DNA of 63,205 nucleotides, filler included, from Dimargaris cristalligena (Eukaryota): assembly GCA_003614675.1 (NCBI GenBank). It is 6 parts of 6 records of this genome, joined end to end, with 100 filler letters (N's around TTAATTAATTAA, not from the genome) between each part and the next. Parts side by side here need not be neighbours in the genome. Positions count along the whole stretch, not along the records: positions 42,232 to 52,669 come from ML003181.1; positions 52,770 to 63,205 come from ML003182.1; 4 more parts are not named here. One strand, given 5' to 3'. Within the stretch, counting starts at the first letter, position 1. Every line of letters begins with the position of its first letter. Made by a program: the position numbers and the translations under genes. Under the pieces are notes generated by a model. It was not told the origin of the DNA and did no database searches. It was given only the letters and a program-made list of their open reading frames with translations. Below, in pieces: positions 51,167-63,205 of the stretch.

Positions 51167-52344
51167 TTTCTATAATTTTATTATCTATAAGTTCTCAGTG
51201 TTAATAGTCTGGGGAGCTATCCACACTTTTTAGACGTCTATTATAAAAACAGCACTCAAGAATTAATCCGAGGAATTATAGTGAATCCTAACTGTGTTTA
51301 TTTATTTTGTAGGACTAAGAAAGAGCAGCATACTAGCCATAAGCAAGGGAAGTATACAATATATGTAATAAGCATTAGTAGTGAATCAACATTGGCATAA
51401 TGAAATAGGGTATTACTTAGGGGTCCAGGCCCCAACTTAGTAAGCCATTTACAGTTTTAAAAAATTCTATTTGGTTCCGACCCACAGGTCTGTCAGGCAG
51501 GTCGGCAGTCAGTGAGTGCCCATAGTAGGTCAGGTGTTGTGGGGAGGTTATAGATAGATTCACTAGCCACCTTGGTATGCAATTAGTTTAACCCAGCTGT
51601 ACCATGAACTACCTAATTACCCAGCTCTGTCATTCTGAACAATCCCAGTACCCCATCTATATTATATTCCAAGACCTTTATGAATAGGATTTACTTCCCT
51701 CATTTGGGCAGTTTCAAAATGTCTGTATATGTTCATAATTACTACTGTGCCTAAGTAAGAGAAACACCTGACTCAGCTATAACACATGAAATGTTACTTG
51801 GATTGTGTGCATTTTTTAAAAAAAAATTGTAACCCACTTATCTTATCACCAATTACTTATTCAAAGACTTGCAACTTAATGGGCTACCTTGTCATTGAGT
51901 ACCATGTCAGGTTCTGCTCATATGGACATTGTCATTAAACAGCTCAATGGAGGAGCATACCCTTAGTCATTGCAACACTGCCTGTTTGAACTAATTCAAA
52001 ACTTGTTTGATCCCCATATTGGCATGCACAGTGGGTTTAGCTGAAGCAGCCACTCTAGAACTATGACCATGGCTTTAAATTCTTGCAGTTTTTAACTACA
52101 GCTAACTTAGTTATACTTACCTAACCCTGCTTTGTGTACTGCCATGGACAGCTGAGCCAAGGCCACATAAGCACCCGTACCAGTCACCAATCCAAGAAGT
52201 AGTCATACTTTGGACAGATTTGAGGTCCCCAGATGATAGATGAGTTAATTCTATGGGAATAGTCCAGGGCTAAAAGTGTTATCCCATTTCTTTATACAAG
52301 CTGATTCTCCTTTTATTCAGCTTTCCAACTTATTATTTTATTTA

Positions 52345-52550
52345 TGTTGGCCTTCCTAATCTGACTTAATCCAGTCCTAACAATCACCTGTCCTTATTAG
52401 GCCTTATAGTGCCATATTAACCCTCCCATAGTCACCCCCAGTACTATGGGGTCATCTTTTATTAACTAACCCCACTCATTCCAACCCCAATGCTTTGCAC
52501 CCCAAACACTCAGCTTGCTGATCCAAGACTCTTCCAGTTCTCATGAGAGT
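52345..52550 (+). mobile_element. 5' part of an LTR (family B), interrupted by family C
   Basis: Starts TGTTGGCC, aligns with the 53011 and 61993 copies, and breaks off after CATGAGAGT. Confidence 0.8.
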
Positions 52551-52669
52551 TGTAAAGAACTGAACTCAAAACCTTGAAAACTGAACTTTATTCGAAAAGA
52601 TAGGTGATAAAAAAGGAAAGGTGATGATAGACTTGCTGTTCCAAGAGGTGGTAGCAAGTGGGAGTATTT
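52551..52669 (-). mobile_element. LTR end (family C) nested in the family B LTR
   Basis: Reverse complement of 21143-21265. Confidence 0.8.
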
Positions 52670-52769
52670 NNNNNNNNNNNNNNNNNNNNNNNNNNNNNNN
52701 NNNNNNNNNNNNNTTAATTAATTAANNNNNNNNNNNNNNNNNNNNNNNNNNNNNNNNNNNNNNNNNNNN
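52670..52769. other. Artificial contig spacer
   Basis: N run with TTAATTAATTAA. Confidence 0.98.
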
Positions 52770-53010
52770 CATCATAAAGTAAGTAAACCCTTTTCACAGC
52801 AGAAAACTGGCCAATGAGGGGCTGTGCTTAAGAAATTTTCTGAGCTGTCCAGGAATCTGGCAGGGGAAGATGCCCTTTTTGATATCTTTTCTTCTTTTTT
52901 AATGAAAACTAGCTCTGGGAAGGCCCTATTTGCTAGGTTAGTTAGGGAATCCCCCTTTTTTTAGTATTATTTTATCTGTAGTAGACTGCTTCCAATCTGC
53001 CAATCACCTT

Positions 53011-53596
53011 TATCAGCCTGCCTAATCCAACTTAATCTGGACCTAATGCTCACCCATCCTTATTAGGCCTTATAGTGCCATATTAACCCTCCCCTATAGT
53101 CACCCCTGGTACTATGGGGTTATCATTTATTATATAACCCCACTCCTTCCAACCCCAATACTTTGTATCCCAAATACTCAGCTTACTGATCCAAGACTCT
53201 TCCAGTTCCCATGAGAGTCTTCCCAATATGAAGTTGTCCAGTCAGACTCTTTTACCTATCCATACCCTAGCCTTACTAGTATTCCCTTGGGACCTCCCTC
53301 TGGAGTTGTCCCTGTGTATATATAACCAGGCCCCCACTGGGACTGGTTCAATTCCTTAGCTTATTCATATCCCCCAGTTTACCTCAATAAACTCTATATA
53401 CTTATTCCCCCTTATGCTAACTAGTAAGTGTGTCTGCTGCATGTCCCTGGTATTTACCTGTATCTGTCCTTTATTGGTTAGTATTATGCCCCATCCTAAT
53501 GCTAGTAGCTTGCTTGGCCGAGTCTAAGCCCCACCTACTGTTAGAAGCCTATCCTCGGGACTCTTGATGGACTAAGAGAGGTTAACCCAGGTAACA
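53011..53596 (+). mobile_element. Full-length LTR (family B)
   Basis: Colinear with 61993-62572, ends GGTTAACCCAGGTAACA, has internal TATA and AATAAA. No target-site duplication seen. Confidence 0.82.
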
Positions 53597-54356
53597 ATAT
53601 GACAAATTTTATGAGAAATATTCCACGCCTTTTGGGAAGTCAACTCCCAATTTATTATTTCATACTCATGTTAATGGCCATGTGTTGTGATGATATTATG
53701 ATGGTATTCAAACTTGTTAATGACTTTATGTATTATTTATAATGACCAATTTATGATCTCAGTTCAGGGAGCCCTCTTTCTGCAATGGAAAACAATATTT
53801 CATTCATAATTCCTATTTTCCTTCATGATTACTACTATTAAAAATAAAAACCAATACTCTATTTCTTCACTCAAAAGTACATAAACACTTAAAATTTCCT
53901 TTTCAATGTTGCGCCTCCCCATTTGTTCCTCTGGACCTAGCATCCCATCTTTGTCTGGCCTGGGTAGACTGCCATCCACGCCCCAGTTCTCTGCACTTGA
54001 GCAGGGTATGCCAACTCGTATTTCGAATCCTAGTGGTGGATTAGATGACCCCGACGCTAACACAAATGCATGGTGGAAAATAATTTGTAGCCATTAATTA
54101 TCCAGAATTAAATATTTATCGACTAGTTATTGGAGGCAATCTGATCCGACATTGGTCAGGCCGAATAAGTTAATTACCCGGGGATTTATATCACAGTTAG
54201 GGGCTAGTTCGCTTTCTGCTGTTTGGTGGAGACTGACATTGGTATCATTAACCGTTGATATGCGATAGATGGTGAATAATTTTACTTTATAACCTATTTT
54301 ACTGTTTTAACAAACCGCAACTGGGTCACGATAGACATGACAGTAATCCGACCAAA

Positions 54357-55247
54357 TCATGATTTCCGCCCCATATACAACCCCGTATAGTAGCCAGCGT
54401 AATACCATGACATAAGTAAGTTGGCCAGCTCGGGATCATCTAGAAGTTGTGAGGTGATCCGCCCATACAGCAGGGATAATTTACACAATGATAATTAAAT
54501 GGTTGTGATTAAAAGGTACTCAATTGGTAGCTGGTATAGGACTAGCCCTGATAAAGGCAGTATGCCTCTAGATATCACTCAGCCGTCTATTCAACCAACA
54601 GAGCGAATTGTTAATGTAATATTATAGTTGGACTTACTCGATGGTCCCATATTAGCGATTCCCGCCATTGGCTTATTTAGTTGACAAGTCCGATTCAAAC
54701 GTCAATTCCAGGGCCAGATATAGTAGATGTTAGTATCCAAAAAATATGCAATAACCCAATAAATAAGAAGTGCGGGCAAATTATGTAATTGGGTGACCGG
54801 TGAAATGCAATAATAATCAAAATAGTCTACAGGTCTGTGGCTCCTTAGCCCAAATAGCGAACGCTGTGACTTTACCTGATCCGCGGACTGGTTTGGAATG
54901 TATTGAGCGGGGAAGGTAGGGAAAGGCAAAGGTGGCATGGGCATACTCGGCCCTGGTGGTAGAGGGTGCTGATATGCAGGTTGTGGTTGGGCTTCCTCCT
55001 CTCCCCCTTCTTCTCCCACATCCTCTTCCCCGCCTATCCCCTCGTCCTCCAGCTCTTCATATTCATAATCTTCGGCCTCGTAGGCTGATCCGAGTTCAAT
55101 TTCATCTCCTTGAGCGTCCTGGTCCAGCTTATACGGACGACCGTGCTCTTCGCGATACTCCTGAAGCGAGCTCTCCCAGGCCTGGATGAGTTCGGAGTCG
55201 TCCCAGGCTCCATCCCCTTTTTCGGAGTTGGCATTGGCTTTCCGCAT
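54357..55247 (-). CDS. SMN1: Survival motor neuron (SMN) homologue; exons 55247-54876, 54671-54638, 54439-54357; an upstream exon is possible
   Basis: [17 protein letters not shown] (Gemin2-binding motif), Pro-rich linker, YG box [15 protein letters not shown]; intron phases are consistent. Confidence 0.88.
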
Positions 55248-56473
55248 GACTCTGTCTTAGGGGGGGGTCACTATTAAGGGGGGGGATAAACACGTGGGTA
55301 GTTGACTCGAGTACCAGCGGGGATTAGTATAGTACCCAATCCAGTTGAACCCTTTCGGAGTTAAATGGCGTAATACGGATGCGACAATAGGCTTTTCTTG
55401 AGGGGACTGGGGGCATGCGGGTGTTGTATGGCAAATGGAAGTAGAAACGTTAATGAGTAAGGAATGTGGGTATTCGCAGCCCTATTCACAGTAACAGTAG
55501 TAGGAGGGGATAGATAGAATAAAGTGTGATATTGAAAAACCATTCCTGGGAATTCAACCATGGGTGAGACATTCGGGACACTTCGAATTCAAGATATCCC
55601 ACACGTGACCCAAGCTTACTCTCTCTTGGTGATTATAGATGCCCTCCGCCCAGGAAAAGGGCTAGTAGTTGAAGACAAGTGCTGGCCGTGTACGTTGTTT
55701 ACCAGGCCGCCACCCCAGCTTACCATTAAACTAAACGTAAATATGAGCGATACTGTTCGAAAGAGTACCCATTAATATTAAAAAGAGATTTCATACGGGC
55801 AGAGTGTAGTTAAGAAGCCGGCCTATGCATTAGAAAGCAAGCAATGGCCTAGAGTATATGTATATATAACAGTATTGCAATAAACTCGGTATTTTACAAA
55901 GTTAATTGGAAATTGAGATGGTTCATTTTCTAACAGCATACCACGAAGTCTTTATATTTTTTTGGAATCCATATGGGAGTAGTTCAACCAGGCTGTATAA
56001 CGAAAAATCCACTTGATGAGGCAAGTACTACTGGTTGAAAATAAACATCCCACCGATTTTCCCATACGCATAACAGTTAAAACCTTATACAACCGAGCTG
56101 AACTTCACCCATATGGTTAGGCCATAGGTAATCTGCGAAATAATCCCCCCGTTATGGTAAACAAAATAAGCCAACCAATGACACGCTCTCTTTTGTTTAG
56201 ATATCTTTTGGGCTCTCCCTTGAGCTTTTACCACTCCGAATTGTATTATTTCCCACATTTTTTAACCTTCGGATGGCCAAATGGGGGGTACCAGGAGATT
56301 GGCTCTGCTCAGCGGGTTGCCTCGTTAAACGGATATCACCACAAAGCATGGTATGGGCACGATTATTTTTATACACGTTTCTGGGTGTTTACTATTATTT
56401 AGTACTTTTGCATATTAATATTGTTTTTCGACCTGTAACTTAAGCCGGCCATTGTAACGCATTACCAACCACC

Positions 56474-57466
56474 ATGGGGATTCACGGACTTACCAAGTTG
56501 ATCGGCGACAACGCTGCTTCTGCCATTGTCAACAATGAGATCAAAAACTACTTCGGACGGAAAGTGGCGGTTGATGCGTCTACGTCGCTTTACCAATTCC
56601 TGGTAGCCGTCCGGCTTGGAGATGGGCAGAACCTTCAGAATGAGGCCGGGGAAACCACTAGGTAGGTAGTTAGGACTAATCTAGGTCCGTGCTCAAGGCA
56701 TGGGCCGAGTTTGTTCGTAGGACATTTCGCATACCAGAATCATGGGTAACGTGGGGAAGTGATGTCCTTTCCCTCCCTTTTGGAGGTGCTTTGTAGGCTT
56801 GGCCGGCTGACTAACTTTCGATATCCGAAACAATGGACCCAATTATTCACCATCACATCTACCATATACTCCATACCTGGGCTTCTCTCTATTCTTTTAA
56901 TACTCGTGTGTGGGGCTATGGAACCATTCATGAAATTCCCTACTTAGCCATCTTCTAGGTATGTTCCACCGAACCATCCGGATGGTAGAAAACGGGATCA
57001 AACCACTCTACGTGTTCGACGGTAAACCACCAAATCTCAAATCGGGCGAGGTAAGCACAGTACAATCCACCAACTCATAGCCATACCCGAACAAGCTTCC
57101 TGCTAGAGTCCCTTAGTCTATAGTACTGTATATACTTTATTTCTAACACCCTATACCATTGCGTAATCACTATTTCTACCCGTAGTTGGCTAAGCGTATG
57201 GAGAAGCGGAAGGAAGCTAACAAATCCCTTGAAGAAGCTAAGGAAGCCGGTAAGTAGTGATTACCCGGAGGCCTGTGTTGGTTATCTCTGATTCCAAATC
57301 AATAACCGAATCGGCCAACTGAACATTGCACATTTTTTTTTGATAATACGTTCACCCTACGTATTGACATGGCCATACCATCGCCGTACTTCCAAGTTTC
57401 TAGTATGGGTACTACTTTCCTCCAACCTATTCCACTTGTTGCTGACCCCCCTCACCTCACCTCTCC

Positions 57467-57499
<33 letters not shown>

Positions 57500-58449
57500 A
57501 TATATTCAGGTGATACGGGATTGGTTGACAAATTCACCCGGCGAACTGTAAAAGTGACTCGGGAGCACAATGAGGAGTGCAAACGTCTACTCAAGCTCAT
57601 GGGTATACCCTACATGGACGCTCCCTGCGAAGCGGAGGCCCAGTGTGCCGCACTGGCCAAGGCAGGAAAAGTGTATGCGGCGGCGTCGGAAGATATGGAT
57701 ACGCTCACTTTTGGTTCACCGGTTCTGCTACGCCATTTGACGTTCAGCGAGTCCCGCAAGATGCCCATTGGGGAATTCCACCTGGATAAGGTATTGGAGG
57801 GACTCGAACTCAGCCGGGAAGAATTCGTCGACCTGTGTATTCTGCTGGGCTGTGATTATTGCGACTCGATCAAAGGTATTGGTCCCCACCGCGCCATTAC
57901 ACTAATCAAGCAGCACCGGTCCATCGAGAAAATCCTCGAGAACCTGGACCCTAAGCGCCACCCGGTGCCCGAAGACTGGCCTTTTGAAGGCGCCCGGCGG
58001 TTATTCTTGGAACCCGAGGTGGCTGACCCCACTGATTTAAATTTCAAATGGGAGGCCCCCGATGAAGCGCAGCTCATAGCCTATTTGGTGGGTGAAAAGG
58101 GGTTCAGCGAAGACCGAGTCAAGCGTGGCCACGAGAAACTCGTCAAACACTTGAAAACAGCTACTCAGGGTCGACTTGATGGGTTCTTCAAAGCAGCCCC
58201 GACCCCAGCGACGGGAGCTAAACGCAAGGTATGTTGTTCGACTCTGCCCCCCTCCCTCTTTAACATAGATGTCGGCATCGATGGATTCAGATTCAGTCGG
58301 CTTGATCCACTACCATTTTCGATTTGCCTATTCGCCTGGACTCATTCCCGATGACTTGATCCTTTTTACATTAATAGGCTAATACGAAGGACGACAAGAA
58401 ACCCGCGACGAAGCCCACTAAAGCAGCACCAGGACGTCGTCGCAAATAA
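56474..58449 (+). CDS. FEN1: Flap endonuclease 1; exons 56474-56661, 56948-57050, 57186-57249, 57510-58228, 58378-58449
   Basis: [50 protein letters not shown] box QGRLDGFF. Confidence 0.97.
57467..57493. repeat. (TA)n microsatellite in a FEN1 intron
   Basis: Perfect TA run just upstream of the 3' splice site. Confidence 0.85.
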
Positions 58450-59469
58450 TGACTAACCATGTTCTAAAGATTCGCTTTTGTATTATCCCTTCAGTTTACG
58501 AAGTATCGGGGTCGGGCTGTCGATAATGACATTAAATGCTGGCATCCGGCTGGCAGAGGAATGTAATTCATAATCAGCGCATAGTACGCCATGCGGGTAC
58601 CATTCTGTCTATAAATAAACGACCCGTGGGCCGTGGCCTTTATGCCTGTATGTAGCAGCCCTTTTCGGAATGCCAAGCTATGAATTCGATGAGATGGTGG
58701 GTCCTGTGGCATTAGTGTATATTTATTCAATCATTCTACAATGCGCCCCCCCCCGTTACGTTCACGTGTTCGAGGGATGCGCGGCGGGAGGGGGCAAGTC
58801 GTCGCCTACTACGCGAGACGACCTGTCAAGGCCGTAGGGGAAGCCGCTGGTGTCTTTCCCATTGCCTTTTCAGCTGACAGCAGGCTGCTTGTCACACCGT
58901 TTTTTGTGTGACACCAACTCCATTGTCTAGTGAGGGATCGAGTGAACTACCAACCAAGTCTAAGTGCTCCTCGGCGGGCTTCGGCGGATATCTTCGCTTG
59001 ATAAGTAATACAGGGGGGTCCAGTAACTCACCATTACATGCAGGCGCATAAATAGCCGGGTTTGCTAATATAGAGCGTTAGCCTTTACCAACAACGCCCC
59101 CCCCCCACTGTTCAGGTCTCGTCACTAACCTTAGTAAAACCCTGGTCCATATTAGTTGGTCTCTCCGTTCGGTGGCTCCACATTTCCCTCTTCTTTTACT
59201 TTCGTTGCTGAACCTTTCGGAGCGTGATTGTCTTTTACTTCCCCTTCCTGTTAGCTACCGTTCATTGTTCTTCTAAGTTCACTTTCGCATTCCTTCCCCC
59301 AGGCCCCTCTGTTTTACTTAGCCTTAAAGCATATACTCACTGCCGCGTTTCAGCACTGGGCCCTCCGTAGATATACTATTACATTCCCCTGCCCTACTCC
59401 CCCCATTTCTTCGATTCGGACCTGTGAATGCCCCTGGTTTAACCTTCGCTCATCACCCTACTCGTTCTA

Positions 59470-61425
59470 ATGGATACCTCTCCCTATGAGCGGTACGCCC
59501 GAGCGACTTCCGTCAGCTCCCTCTTGCTAGAGGATTATGTGGGCCACCTCGGCCAGCTCCGTCAGGAACAGGAACAGCAGCCCACCGAACCGCCTCCGCT
59601 GAACCTCCTCACCACTACCCCCAAAAACTTTACCCAGTTTGTCAATAAAATCGGTCCCATGGTGGAGCTCCACAATATTCTGGTCGATATATTTTCCTGG
59701 AAGAATCCGTGGCGCACTGCGGAGTGCATGCTCGTGTTTACCATTTTATGTAAGTCCGACTAGTACCAATATTGCCGTAATCGTCCCCTATCTCCTGGCT
59801 GGAGCGCCTGTGAAATACGGCCCTTGCGGTGTGAATAAACCGCAATGGGCGGTGCTTCGTACAAAAAACCCAAACGCGTTTAGTCGAGTTTCTGGGCATG
59901 TGATGCTGGAAGCGTCGATTTGACCCGTCTATTACCCACGGCCCCATATCGATGGCCGCTCCCTTCATAAACCCTTCCTATTATTTACTCAACCCTACGC
60001 CATTTTATTATTCATACACTACTGATCCCCGCTACCCATTGGTTTTTGAAATGCCACTTAGGTCTCCGGCCCGTACTATTCGCCCTCGTACCGCTACTGA
60101 CCATTATCGGCATTATCGTGCGCAATTACTATAAGATTTTGCCTGAAATAGCCGAAGGCTCTCGGTCTGGGTCCCCACCCCCCAGTCCAACAAATGGCAC
60201 TGTCTCCGGATTCTTTAGCGGCAGGTCTTCCTCCATCTCCCCCGGCAAATCCAAGTCCAAGAGTAAAAAATCCAGTGGCGGCCCCTCCACCATGTACTCG
60301 AACCGCTCCGCCTCGAGTGTCTACGCTCAGAACATGCAGTTTATCCAAAACATCATGGGCGTCATGTGCCAAATGGAGGAACAGGTTCGGGATGCCCTCA
60401 AGTATCTAGACTGGTCTGATCCTGACTCCACCTGGCAGATTCTTTTAGGTACCGCCTGTTTTATTCCCGTGGTGGCCCTAGCGACTGTGTATATCCCCTG
60501 GAACTACGCCTTCTTGGCCATGGGCCTGTGTGCCCTGGTTGGAAACTCCCTGTGGGTTCGTGCGTTGGTTCAGACTTTATTCCCATGGTTGTGCTACCAT
60601 TGGGCAACCGCCCGAATTCGCGCTCCCGTCAGTCTGGGCTGGGCTAAACCTCGCCACGCTCTAACCAATTTGACTACCATCCAGCAGCGGCCTGAATCAG
60701 TCCGAAGCACCCCGGCTGGTGGGTCGACCGCCACGCTGATCCCAAGCCCATCTGCCACCTCGACCTCTACTCCCAGCGCCGTGCTTAAGATCGTGGTATT
60801 CGAAAACCAACGCTGGTGGGCCGGTCTCGGTTGGGTGCCGCACCTTTTCAGCTCTGAGCGGTCGCTGTGGAGCGATCTCAAGGGTAAGATTAAAGCCAGC
60901 CACAAGGACAATATGGTCCCACCCAAGGGGTACGCTTGGGACCCGACCAGTGTCTGGTCCATCTCCACCACCTGGTCACCCGATGTGCCCATCACCGATT
61001 CCCAAGGCTGGGTCTACTCGGATAATCACTGGAAACGCCCGAAATCAGCCGGTTCCTTGCTCACTTACACCCGGCGTCGTAAGTGGGAGCGTTACGCCTT
61101 GGCCGCCGCGCCGAATCGACCCAGCCGCACCAGCTCACCTACCTCGGTGGGCCCCGCTGCCCCAGCGGATGACTCCGATGCCCAGACCTTTGTGGACGGC
61201 CGAAGCCTTAATTCCCAAAATGATGCGGACAGTAGTCATGCCCCCGGCTCGCCTGGCGAATCGGAGACATCGAGTACTCCCAGTACCCCTTCCACCGAAC
61301 ATCGGGCTAAGCCAACATTTCCCCTGGGTTCCGACGCCCGCCAGTTAGCTGCCCGGGCATCTTCTCCGGTGCTATCAAACACTACGGTGATAGCCCAGAG
61401 TGTTCGGGGAGCCCCGTCCCCTTGA
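59470..61425 (+). CDS. Pex24p/Pex23-family integral membrane peroxin with dysferlin (DysF) domain; exons 59470-59749, 60062-61425
   Basis: IFSWKNPWRT, NMQFIQNIMG, LDWSD, TM segments, FENQRWWAGLGW, GWVYSDNHW, YTRRRKWER. Confidence 0.88.
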
Positions 61426-61992
61426 TATCCCAGTCCCACTGCTGATCCGGCATCCGCCTAGATAATAGAATACGCTACTCTTGATAAATTCTACTATTCC
61501 TATGCTATATCGTCCCTTGTTTTTTTTTCTTCTAAAAAAATACCAACCCCTTTATAGCCCACTGTGGTATGCCTCGCAGAAGAAAATCTGCCTTCTTCAA
61601 CCGATATCGGATTAATACTTTCTTCTCACCTAACTCCCCATCGAGCCCATTGTCCTGATTCAATTTACCGAATGATTAATGTAAATATACAAGGACTGAT
61701 TGGTCCTTAAATATCATCTATTAGGTTCTACATATGTGGCATCATCGGAAACACGATATGGTATACGCTGAATAGTTCTCGAAATACTATATAGACCAAC
61801 TATCTAAGTGCATGGGATCTTGACATTGAAAGCAGAAACCTATTCTGTTTAAATCTATAATCATACTATTGAGAGGTTTGATTCCAAATCCCGGATTAAT
61901 AGGTAGCTTATAGCACTGGGTAGAAGTGGTAATTTGATACCAGTGGTATTATTCAGTAAGCCATAACTGAGCCTTTATTGCCACTAGCTCCC

Positions 61993-62572
61993 TATTAGCC
62001 CTCCTAATCTAACTTAATCCAGACTTAATGATTGTCTACCCTTATTAGGCCTTATAGCACCATAGTAACCCTCCCATAGTTACCCCTGGTACTATGGGAT
62101 CATCATTTATTATATAACTATTCTCCTTCCAGCCCCAATGCTTTGCACAAAATACTCAGCCTACTAATATGAAGACTCTTCTGGTTCCCATGAGAGTCTT
62201 CCAGATATGAAGCCCATCTGGTTATCTATTTATCTATACTATAGTCTAGTAGCATCTCCCCTTGGGACCTCCCTCTGGAGCTATCCCTGCATATATATAG
62301 CTGGGCCCCCTTAGGACTGGTTAGATTCCCTATCTTATTCTTATCCCCTAGTTTACCCTAATAAACTCTCTATATGCTTACCCCCTTGTACTAACCAGTA
62401 AGTATGCCTACTGCATGTCCCTTGTATAATCCAAATGCCTAAGCCTTACTAGTTAGTGCTATGCCCCCATCCTAATACTAGTAGCCCACTTGGCTGAGTC
62501 TAGGCCCTGCCTACCATTAGAAGCCTATCCTTGGGACTCTTGATGGACTAAGAGTGGTTAACCCAGGTGACA
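61993..62572 (+). mobile_element. Solo LTR (family B) with 5-bp target-site duplication CTCCC
   Basis: CTCCC at 61988-61992 and 62573-62577 flanks a 580-bp repeat ending GGTGACA. Confidence 0.88.
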
Positions 62573-62898
62573 CTCCCTATTAAAGATACAGAGTAGTTTA
62601 TAACTAATTACATATTTAAGGGCATGCAACTTGGTGATCTATCAAAATTTAGGCCAGAAATAAGTGAATGTTATAGCCAAAAGCTAGTTCAGAGAAAGAG
62701 TAGTTAGATAAATTGGTTGAGGCCCTTATCTACTGATGTCTGCCCAAAAAATCTACCCAATATGAATGGTTGCTAAATTTGTTTTAAGAGAAATGTAATG
62801 CTAGGTAACTCTATTTTGTAACTAGTAAGTAGATACATGCTAAAACAAGGGTAATTTAAGTGTTCAAAGTGATAGTGAACTAAATATTGATATAATAC

Positions 62899-63205
62899 TG
62901 TCACCTGGGTTAACCACTCTTAGTCTATCAAGAGTCCCAAGGATAGGCTTCCAACAGTAGGCAGGGCTTAGGCTCGGCCAAGCAGGCTACTAGCATTAGG
63001 GAGAGATTAGTACTAACCAATAAAGGATGAGTGCAGGCTAATGTAAGGGATGTACAGCAGGTACACTTACTGGCTAATACAATGGGTAAGCATATAGTGA
63101 GTTTATTGAGGTAAACTATGGGGGTAAGAAATAAGCTAAGGAACTGAATCAGTCCCAGAGGGGCCTGGTTATTTATATGTGGGGACTGCTCATAATGAGG
63201 GGTCC
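62899..63205 (-). mobile_element. LTR (family B), inverted copy, truncated by the window end
   Basis: TGTCACCTGGGTTAACC... is the reverse complement of the family B 3' end. Confidence 0.85.

Noticed and set aside
10473-52769. TTAATTAATTAA recurring every ~10.5 kb as a biological periodic repeat
   Set aside because: Always centred in a 100-nt N spacer; it is a six-frame stop linker added during concatenation.

Overview
Eukaryotic, fungal DNA with GT-AG introns; the gene and NRPS style suggest an early-diverging lineage such as Zoopagomycota/Dimargaris (inference). The window is not one locus. It is six ~10.4-kb contigs in descending length order, joined by artificial 100-nt N/TTAATTAATTAA spacers. 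Contig 1: 5'-truncated intronless NRPS (A-T-E-C-degenerate A/T/C-A-T-R) whose C-terminal Asub-T-R looks Lys2-derived. Contig 2: NRPS pseudogene broken only by in-frame nonsense codons, plus ~8 kb of non-coding DNA. Contigs 3-6: housekeeping genes (prefoldin 3, SERF, complex I 49-kDa subunit with a frameshift, Dap1, Eaf6, Mcm10, OTC, Trs120, an aldo-keto reductase, Spb1, SMN, FEN1, a Pex24p-domain peroxin), tRNA-Pro(AGG), a dispersed 5S rRNA gene and several LTR families. Best leads: the NRPS/Lys2 chimera, a CpG-erasing mutation process on repeats and NRPS genes, and a Ty3-like element 12 bp upstream of a tRNA gene.
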